From contig NW_027191453.1 in NCBI RefSeq assembly GCF_011745625.1, positions 1,240,001 through 1,304,000 on the forward strand: a stretch of DNA of 64,000 bases, given 5' to 3'. The translations under genes and the position numbers were made by a program. Within the stretch, counting starts at the first letter, position 1. Every line of letters begins with the position of its first letter. This DNA comes from Cladosporium halotolerans (lineage: Eukaryota). A model generated the notes under the pieces. The model ran no database searches. It saw only the letters and a list, made by a program, of their open reading frames with translations, and was not told where the DNA came from. Shown here one piece after another: positions 55,842-64,000 of this stretch.

Positions 55842-57401
55842 ATGCCAGTCCGGCTGCGAGGCCCGGTCTGTTTTTTCTGTGCACCGCAAGCCGGCGTGAC
55901 TGCGGCGCGACAGCGAGTACAATGCACTTCTAAATCCAATCTCCACGCCGTCGCTCTGCCGCAGCAAGAAACTGAACAGGCTTTCTTCCGTTCCGAAGAT
56001 GGCTGCATTGAAAGGAAAAAATTGGGAAGGCGGTTTGGCAAAACTCTGGCCCTTGCCTTGAAACAATGGGAATCCGACGGCCCGACGCAGAGCATCAGAG
56101 ACAAGTTCGAGGAACTTGAGGCGATGGCGAAGACGCGAACTATGCGCTTGGAGCTCCTGAAGAAGATATCGGATCCCTCTGCGTCAATACACGGGAACCT
56201 CTTTCATCATGACCTCTCGAAGTTCCCCAAGCCTCAGGTCCCAAAGGCAGATCTGGTCCCCATACCGCACGCTACGTTCAGAACAAACCTCCGACAAGCA
56301 AGAGAGACGATAGCCATGCGAACAGTGCTGCGCGAACAACTCCTTCGAGTGCAATGTCCGAAGGATATTCTACGCATCGTCGCCCTAGCAATGCAAAACC
56401 GCGCGCATGCGAAGCTGCTAAACAACTACTTTGAATTGATCATGCGTGCCGCCTTCCGCTGCCGCAGAACAGCAACTGACAGCGAGATCTCTCGAGTTCT
56501 CACTATCGTGATTACAAGGCTCGATATGGCCGGCTTCGACATCCACCATGCCATGATAGCGTTTGCCCTCAAATTTGCCGCCCGGACAAGGAGCCTGCGT
56601 GGTATGAAAAAGTATCTCAGGCTATTTCGCGAGCGACAGATCCCTTTCAATTGCAAGCTGTTTCGTGCCGTTGTCGCAAAATGTTCCATAGGCCGCCACG
56701 GCCTGGGAGAAATAAGGAATGGTCGGTGGCGGAGAGCAGATCTCTTGCAGGTCCTCATCGGGTTTGACGACTGCAAGCACCTCCCGCCTGAGCGGCAATA
56801 TCACTTCGGCACCTTCCTCAACAGAAGCGACTGGCAGTATCTCCACGGATGGGTAGCGGTGCTGGCTCGCTGCAGAGCTAGCGACGTCGTGTGGCAGGAA
56901 TGGGAGCTATGGAAAGAGAATCCTGCCCGTGTTTACCCCAAGCGATTAAAGCATCAGGTGGTGAAGACTACTTCAAGATTTCGCGGCGACTACTGGTTTG
57001 TGGAGCAAATGACATGCTCGGGAGACCTTCGCCTCGCTTGGGGAATCCTGGAGGAGTCCGTTGTGCCTTTTTCGGCGTTGAAAAACAGCATTCAAATGCG
57101 CCTTCTCGACGCAGTCGAAAATGCAAGCGTCTGGACACCACAACTGACGGACGCGATGCTGCGGAAATACGACCACGAATTGGCGCGGATTGAGGAAGCT
57201 TTCGGCGTAGCCTGGCAGCCTGGCATCGATGGCAGCGAAGGCCAGCACGTTCTCTTTCGTGATCAAGAGGAAGCCATGGATGAGCTTGGCTCGGACGATT
57301 GGAAGGCCGAGGAAGACTATGGTTATCCTTACGACGGAGATTCGATGCTCTCAAGTCAGGAGCGCTCCCTGCATGATGCTGAAGAAGGTGCGCTTGCCTA
57401 A
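55842..57401 (+). CDS. Hypothetical basic helical protein, possibly mitochondrial
   Basis: First plausible ATG at 55842 (MPVRLRGPVCFFC) within a 592-codon open frame. Arg-rich N-terminus. No family recognised. Confidence 0.75.
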   Translation: MPVRLRGPVCFFCAPQAGVTAARQRVQCTSKSNLHAVALPQQETEQAFFRSEDGCIERKKLGRRFGKTLALALKQWESDGPTQSIRDKFEELEAMAKTRTMRLELLKKISDPSASIHGNLFHHDLSKFPKPQVPKADLVPIPHATFRTNLRQARETIAMRTVLREQLLRVQCPKDILRIVALAMQNRAHAKLLNNYFELIMRAAFRCRRTATDSEISRVLTIVITRLDMAGFDIHHAMIAFALKFAARTRSLRGMKKYLRLFRERQIPFNCKLFRAVVAKCSIGRHGLGEIRNGRWRRADLLQVLIGFDDCKHLPPERQYHFGTFLNRSDWQYLHGWVAVLARCRASDVVWQEWELWKENPARVYPKRLKHQVVKTTSRFRGDYWFVEQMTCSGDLRLAWGILEESVVPFSALKNSIQMRLLDAVENASVWTPQLTDAMLRKYDHELARIEEAFGVAWQPGIDGSEGQHVLFRDQEEAMDELGSDDWKAEEDYGYPYDGDSMLSSQERSLHDAEEGALA

Positions 57402-58098
57402 TTGCAAAGACAGGACAAACTCCTCTAGGGACTCCTCACAATCTACAACACACGATACCCACGACCTATGAACATTCGCATTATACCCCAAGGATTGCCA
57501 GCAGCAACAACACTAGCATCATATAAATGTAGTATTCACCTATAGACAGATGATGTCTCTACAATCATCTACTAATATGCATACATTTCTCTACCCCAAC
57601 TATCCTGTAAGACAGATGAGAGAAAGTCTTCTTCTGAAGTGCTTCGCGGAAACAAACAAGATTCCATTTCGGACAAATGGTAAGACTTCCAGCCGCCCCG
57701 ACTCGCACAGCATCCGTCTCCCATGATGCAAAATAATAGTTCCTGAAGGTCACTACAAGTGTGGTTCGTTCGAGTGACTCGACTCGAACCCGCTCTGCAG
57801 CGGCGGAACACCTCCTATTCCAACCTGAGGACCTCAAAGAGAGCTCTGACCTAATTACACGAGACGTGGTCTGAAAGCAAGAACTCGAATTAGAAAGTTG
57901 AGAAATTCCATCAAGAGCTGACATGGCTATCGCGCAGGGTAAAACGCAAAATAAGGTACCTTGTCTTATGAACAGACCCAACCTCGCCTCAGCAAGATAA
58001 CGAGGAAGAACAGAAAAAGGCCACCTCGCTCCTGACGATGTGCTCGCCGTGTCATGCGCATAACGCCATGTACTCCCCGCAACCAATTTAACACCCAC

Positions 58099-61000
58099 TT
58101 ACTTCCCACTAATCTGCCCTTCCACGAAGCCCAGCGCTTCATTCGTCTGCACGACAGCAATGCTACTCGCCTTGCGCTCCTGACTAACACCATAGCAACG
58201 GTCCGCAACCCTCAGCATCTCAGGTCTGAAAGTTGTGCAAATAAACTGTCCGCCGACCGCGCTCTCCTGGATCAAGCCCGCAACAGCCGTGCGGTACTGC
58301 GCGTCGAGGTTGGCGTCGATCTCGTCAAAGAGGTAGAAGGGCGCCGGGTCGGAGGCCTGGATCGCAAAGATGAGCGTGAGAGCGCACAGCGACTTTTGAC
58401 CACCGGACAGCTGCTGGATGCGCTGTTGGTCGTCGTGCTTGCTGTTGAAGGACACGCTGATGCCCACGCCCGTGTAGTTCTCGACTGCGCCTTCGCGCTG
58501 CTGCTCATCTTCGTCCTCGTCGCTGTCGGCGTCGTCGCCGCGTGCTTGCTTGTCCGAGCGCCGCTGGATAATCAGTCGGCCTTTGCCAGCGGGCACGAGG
58601 CGCTCAAAGATGCGCGCGAATTCTTTGCTGACTTGGCGGAAAGTGCGCTCGATGGCCTCGTCCTTCTGCTGGTCCAAGTGGTCAATCAGCTGGTGAATAG
58701 ACGAGTCGCTCGTGCCCAGTTCTTTGCGTCGGTTTTCAAGCATGTCGCGCTGCTTCTCGAACTGCTGGAACTGCTCGAATGCCTTCTTGTTGACGTGCCC
58801 GTATTTCTTGAGCGCTTCTCTTGCTTTGCCGAGGCGCGTTGCGGCGGTGGAAGCCGTCATTTTCGTGTAGGTCGGTGTGAACACGAGGTCAGGAAGGGCA
58901 CCAAGAGCGCGAATGGCGGCGGCGACTTCGGTGAGACGTTGTTGCAGGGCTCCGCGCCTTTGCGCAAACTTTTGGAATGATTTCTGTTGGTCGCGAATGG
59001 CGCGGTGGAGGTTGTCCACTTCTTGCTGCTTCTCGCCGCGTTGAGCTTCGCTCATCTGGACTTGCTGCTGCGCTTGCTCGATCGCACTCTCGTTCTCGGC
59101 GAGCTTTTTGCTGACCGCATCAAGGGCCTTTGTTGCGCGCTTGAGATCGTTCCTGCGCTCATTGAGACGCGCGGAGCTGCCAGAGCCATCCCTAGTGGCA
59201 TCCGCATCCGCGTCTTGAGCTTGCAGCTGGTCGAGGCGTAGACGCAAATTCTCACGCAGCTCGATTTCGAACTCGCTCTTCTGTGCCTCTGTATCCGCGC
59301 GGCGGGTGCTGACTTCCTGGTGTTGCTGTCTGAGAGTGGGCAGCAGGTCGCTTGCTGCCTTCAGTTGACGCTCTTCGTCGTCGGTGAGCACCTTCTGGAA
59401 CGGACTTGACAGCTCAGATTCGAAATCGCTGAGTTGTTGACTAAGGTCGCGCACGATGCTCTCCACGTTGTCGTGCTGACGTTGCTTACGCTCAAGCTCG
59501 TCACGCCGGTTGTGAAGCTCGGCGTCCTTTCTCTTGAGCTGGTCTGCCAAAGGACCGTAACCGCCGTCCATGTTCTGTCGGCGCTCCTGCAGTTTTTGGA
59601 GGTCGCTGCCAGCCTTGGTCACCTGCTGATCGAGTGATCGAAGCTCGTTGTCGAGCTCGGTCTTGCGGCTAGAGTGTGTCTCGTTCTCTTCTCTTGCGGT
59701 TGCGAAGCGTCTGATGGCATCGACTCGTGAATTACGTGTGTCGTGGTAACCTCCGGTCAAAGCACCCTTTTTGTCAGATCGATCACCATCAGGAGTGATT
59801 GCGCTGACTCCATGGGAGCGAGCGTACTGTGAAGCAGCTTGTAGAGTAGGACAAACGATTGTCTTGCCAAAGACTTGCTGGAAAGCCTTCTGGTACTTGT
59901 CTTCGAATCTCAGTTTCGACAAGAGATACACGACGTCGCTAGCGTTCGGAATATTAGGTAGTTTGGGCCTCAGCCTGTTGAGTGGCATGAATGTGACTCG
60001 TCCACCCTTCTCCTTCTGCAAGATGTCGACAATCTGGGTGGCAGTCTGGTCACTGTCAACCACGTAGTGAAACAGTGAAGTTCCCGCAGTCACTTCGATG
60101 GCCGTCTTGTACTTGTCTGGGAAATCGAAAAGCTCGCCCAGACACCCATACGCGCCCTGAATGTTGTGTTGCTTGACGATGCGCCTTACAGACTCAAGGC
60201 CACGAGATGTGCCCTGGTCCATCATCTGGGCCAGGAATCGTTCTGCCTTCTCGAGCTCTTGATGGGCCTGAGCCAGGATGGCATCGAGCTTAGCCTCCTC
60301 GCGCCAAATGTTCTTGCGTTGGTCGTTCAATCGCTCCTTCTCGTCTTTGGCCGTCTGGATTTGTTCAGATATCTGGTGCTGCTCATCTCCACGATTGCTG
60401 AGACGATCCCGCATTGAGGCGATCTCCTCTTCGACTTGGCTGATCTGGCTCTGGAGTTCAGCGATGTCCTCCGTCGCCTGCATGGTGATTGCTTTCCGGG
60501 TTGCGAGTTGCACGTTGATTTCGTTGATTTGGCGTCGCAGGTCATCGTCTCGCTCTCTTTTGCTCCTGTAGCGAGAGTTGCGTCCTTGCTTAGCGTAAAG
60601 GCGCGCGCGAGTGGCCTCTGTGTCCTGCATATGTTGTCTCACGCTGCGCTCCTGCTCACGTAATGTGTTGTATTGGGGCAGCAACTCTTGCAGTTGGGCC
60701 TCTCGCTGCGCAATCTGAGCTTGCAAGTCATGCAATTCCTGGGCAGCCTGAGAGCGAGCCTGCTGAGCGCTGTTCTGATTGTCGGTCAGGGTGTCGACGT
60801 CGTACTCGACGTTCGCCTTCTCTTTCGCGGTCTCTCTGCGCTCCTCTTCCAGTTGTGCCTTTTCCTCGACAAGAATCTTCAGCTGCTGATGTAACTGAGC
60901 AATCGAAACGTCAATGGCCTCTAGTTCTTGCTCCCGCTCCGCCAGGATTTCACGGTTCTCGTCGCCAAGCTCCATTCCTTGGTTACGTTGCGCTTCTTGA

Positions 61001-61777
61001 TCCTCCATTGCCTCCTTGAGCGCTTCCTCGTCCCTGTGATGAACGGTGTACTCCAGGCATCTCCGCTCGCGATCCTTGTCCTGAAATTCTCGCAGTTCGT
61101 TCTTTTCTTCCTCCAGCTCATCCAGGCGTTCGCGGATGTGGGCAAGCACCTCGTCGATCTTGCTGCGCTTGGCCTTGGAGTCCTCCATAATGCGCACACT
61201 CTCTGTGCGGCGGTTCTCGTAAACCTGGGTACCGGCGACCTCTTTGAGCATGTTCAAGCGCTCGTTGTCTTTCATGTTGGTGATGGACGTGATGCGACCT
61301 TGCGGCACAATGTAGTAGGGATTACTCTTGGAGAAACCGGCGCTCTCCAGCAAGTTCATGACCTCGGCCTTGGTGGAGTTCTTTCTGTTGAGCGAGTATT
61401 CGTCCTTTTTCTGGCCGATTGAGCGGCGGAGGATCACCTCCTCGGTGCCGGTGGGGAAACGTTCGTCCGTGTTGTCGAAGATGAGCTCAACGTATGCACT
61501 CATGACTGCAGAGCCTGCGCCCTCGTGAAGTAGGGCCTGTCGCTCTTCACGTCCCATCTGCGTGTAGGCATCGCTAAGGACGAAACGGATCGCTGCGAAG
61601 AAGTTGGATTTTCCGGAGCCGTTGCGGCCGACGATAACATTGTGCCGGGGGGAGAAAGGGTCGACGACTGTCTGATCCTTGTAACTGGGGAATGTTAGAA
61701 AACGCACGCCGAGGTGGAAATCAAGGCGTGGTCGCATACCTCTTGAAGCCCTGGATGATGATCTGTTTGATGTGCAT
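58099..61777 (-). CDS. SMC3: Cohesin subunit Smc3 (SudA); 2 exons
   Basis: Exon 1 61777-61740 (MHIKQIIIQGFKS). Intron 61739-61685. Walker A GRNGSGKSN, hinge, signature LSGGQKS, Walker B FYLFDEIDANLD. Confidence 0.97.
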
Positions 61778-62134
61778 CTTGCCGGAGACGTGGGAGCAGC
61801 GATGCCCCGTCTAGAATGAGTGTGGTCCAGTCCTGAGCAACTGAGTCCGTGAAGCGCGCGACAGTAAGCGGAAGTAGGACGCGGCGGACGTCGTTCAAGT
61901 CGGTACCTCAAGTTGTTTGCGCGGTGGATCGACGCCCGTCGCGAACGCGTGCTTGTTCGGCAGCGCGTCGCTGGTCCCGCGTCGGCCTGCGCTCTGTCAT
62001 TCCCCGCGCCAAGGCTGAGAGAGCGCCCAGCGTCATTGGTCGGCCAGATGCGACTTCATGCTCGCTTTCTCTGCCCTGCCCATTCCACATCTCCACCTAC
62101 ACATCAACAATCACACAAACCACACAGCAGCAAG

Positions 62135-63067
62135 ATGCCTGTCGCGCTCAAGCGGAAAGGGTCGCCAAGTCTGGAAGAGGATGGCGATGCCTCGAAGCGA
62201 CGCTTTGCCGAAGTCGAAGTCGCACCCCAGAGCGATGCGACAGCAGAGCCTCCTAGCAACACACCCGCCGAGGAAGCAACACCAGAGCCCGTAGAGAGCG
62301 CGTCAGCATCGCCAGCACCTACGGACCGAGCAGCTCGCTTTGCCGCTCTCCGAGCACGGAATCAGGCATCACGAAAAGAGAACCTGAAAGACACCAAATC
62401 AGAAGCGAAGCGACTCTCAACCGACCCTTCGCAACTTACGGCACTTAGCCGCAAAAAGGACATCGCACAGCACAAGCTTTTGAAGGCGGACACAGAGGCC
62501 GCGGGAGAGGATTTCGAGCGCAAGCGGGCGTGGGACTGGACGGTTGATGAGAGCGAGCGGTGGGACAAGCGCATGGCGAAGAAGGAGCGCAACAGGGAGA
62601 ATGTCGCTTTCCAGAACTACAGCAAGGAGGCCGGCAAGGTGTACAAGCGGCAAATTGGGCAGATGGAGAAAGCGGGCTTTGACGAGCGGAAAGCACAGTA
62701 CGAGAAGCAAAAGAACGAGGCCATCGATCGCGCGGTGCAGAGCGGCGGGTTGGAGATTGTGGAGACAGAAAGCGGAGAGCTGATTGCGGTGGATAAAGAC
62801 GGGCAGTTCTATTCGACGGCAGACTCGACGCAGTTCGTCGACAGCAAGCCCGATCGCGCTGCGGTTGATCGATTGGTCGATGAAATCAAGAAGGCTGAAG
62901 AGAACAGACTGAGGAAGCGCAGAGAGAGGGGTCTCAAGGACGATGGAGGCGAGGATGTCTCGTATATCAACGAGAAGAACAAGCAATTCAACCAGAAGCT
63001 CGCGCGCTTCTACAATAAGTACACTGGGGATATTCGGGAGAGCTTCGAGAGAGGGACGGCGATATGA
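62135..63067 (+). CDS. SYF2: Pre-mRNA splicing factor Syf2
   Basis: FERKRAWDWTVDESERWD, and C-terminal DVSYINEKNKQFNQKLARFYNKYTGDIRESFERGTAI. ATG at 62135. Confidence 0.93.
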   Translation: MPVALKRKGSPSLEEDGDASKRRFAEVEVAPQSDATAEPPSNTPAEEATPEPVESASASPAPTDRAARFAALRARNQASRKENLKDTKSEAKRLSTDPSQLTALSRKKDIAQHKLLKADTEAAGEDFERKRAWDWTVDESERWDKRMAKKERNRENVAFQNYSKEAGKVYKRQIGQMEKAGFDERKAQYEKQKNEAIDRAVQSGGLEIVETESGELIAVDKDGQFYSTADSTQFVDSKPDRAAVDRLVDEIKKAEENRLRKRRERGLKDDGGEDVSYINEKNKQFNQKLARFYNKYTGDIRESFERGTAI

Positions 63068-63457
63068 TACCAGGTCAGCGACCAACAGCATACACCTAAT
63101 GATGATTTTTCCTATGATGATTTGCTTGTGTATCTCACCCTTCATTCCAAATTTCCCGTCGCATGGCGCGATCTATTGTACAGCTGAAAGAATTCTGGTC
63201 GGCAATATCGCTCAAGTTGCATTGATAGCTTGAGCTTTCACACGTGCAGGCAAATAGTCGCGAGTCCTGCGAATCCAAATTCATGGTATCACAAGCAGTA
63301 AAACAATCATACTTTACGACACGTCAACAGAACCGTTCGGGGTATCTCAATTATCAAGTAGTTTTCCTCACACCTTCCCAGACCGTACCCTACCAGAACT
63401 CCTCGCTAAAAGAGCAGCAAAAATTCAAAATCCTCCTCGAAGCGCTTCGCGCCCTCT

Positions 63458-64000
63458 TCACGCTTTCGCAGCATCAATCTTCTTCCCTAACTCCTGCATC
63501 CTCTCCTTCCTCTTCTCCGCCGCAGCCTTCTCCTCCTCGATCATCCTCGCAAGCTGCTTCTCGCTCGCATCCAGTTGGCTGACCAGCTGTCTCTCATACT
63601 GCGCGCTCCAAATCCCACCCTTCCCAGGCTCCCCGCCCTTCTGCTGCGCCTCGCCCACCGGCTTCTCAGGCAGCTGCGCGCTCGGCGGCACCTCGCCCTG
63701 GAACACCATCTCCGGCTTCTTTCCCTTGCCCCGCCCCTTCTTGACCTTCAGCCAGTTGAACTGCTCCTCATTCGTCAGGTTCTTGAAGAAGTCCTGCGTC
63801 GGCTCGTTGAACTCGATGGTCTCTACCCGCTCTGCTACAATGAAGTTCTCTTTCCGCTGCCGCTCCTGCTGCTCTTCGCTGCCATAGTATCCCAACACGA
63901 GATAGTGTTCTCGGTACTGCGCTTTCTCGCCGCTTTCGGGGGGGAAGTACAGCCTGATTTCCACGCCGAACTCGCCATATCCTGTCTCGGAGATCTCGAA
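63458..64000 (-). CDS. YAF9: YEATS-domain protein Yaf9, C-terminal part (5' end outside window)
   Basis: Frame is open to the window edge: FEISETGYGEFGVEIRLYF...VETIEFNEP, followed by a C-terminal coiled coil. Confidence 0.85.
   Translation of the reverse strand, partial: FEISETGYGEFGVEIRLYFPPESGEKAQYREHYLVLGYYGSEEQQERQRKENFIVAERVETIEFNEPTQDFFKNLTNEEQFNWLKVKKGRGKGKKPEMVFQGEVPPSAQLPEKPVGEAQQKGGEPGKGGIWSAQYERQLVSQLDASEKQLARMIEEEKAAAEKRKERMQELGKKIDAAKA

Noticed and set aside
57769..57793. GGTTCGAGTC T-loop-like sequence on the minus strand (and GTTCGAAT near 44900)
   Set aside because: No paired T stem, acceptor stem or D arm, so not a tRNA.
58054..58980. 308-aa + strand ORF antisense to SMC3 (similarly 54129-54986 in RIO1 and 62417-63145 in SYF2)
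   Set aside because: Antisense shadows of well-supported genes.
1..64000. Transposons, RIP-degraded AT-rich blocks, CRISPR arrays, rRNA, secondary-metabolite cluster
   Set aside because: No transposase or RT motifs, terminal repeats, AT-rich islands, repeat-spacer arrays or PKS/NRPS domains seen by eye.

Overview
This is eukaryotic DNA from a filamentous ascomycete (Pezizomycotina). It is gene-dense, with short GT-AG introns carrying CTRAC-type branch sites. I can support 23 protein-coding genes plus one probable pseudogene. In order: a 5'-complete SHE10-like repeat protein that the ORF track missed, Doa10/MARCH6 E3 ligase, mitoribosomal mL60, TRAPP subunit Trs20, a polyQ hypothetical, an atypical kinase, a Pca1-type P1B heavy-metal ATPase, a fungal AlkB-family dioxygenase, a Red1-like zf-C3H1 protein, myosin II, an ANT1-like carrier, three hypotheticals, Cox7, a PPR-like protein, an FMN-binding split-barrel protein, a secreted 5'-nucleotidase-like phosphoesterase, the probable pseudogene, Rio1, another hypothetical, Smc3, Syf2 and a partial Yaf9. 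I found no tRNA, rRNA, transposon or CRISPR array. Most of the window is housekeeping. The most notable points are: (1) a recurring C-rich to G-rich strand-composition flip in the last several hundred bases of genes; (2) an AlkB protein with Cys clusters and a possible SRA-like domain; (3) Doa10 lying about 8 kb from a homolog of its yeast substrate Pca1; (4) an 86-bp convergent CDS overlap; (5) a long stop-containing intron in the Red1-like gene; (6) a probable UVI-1-like pseudogene. All family calls come from motif recognition by eye, not from database searches. Exon boundaries are manual predictions.
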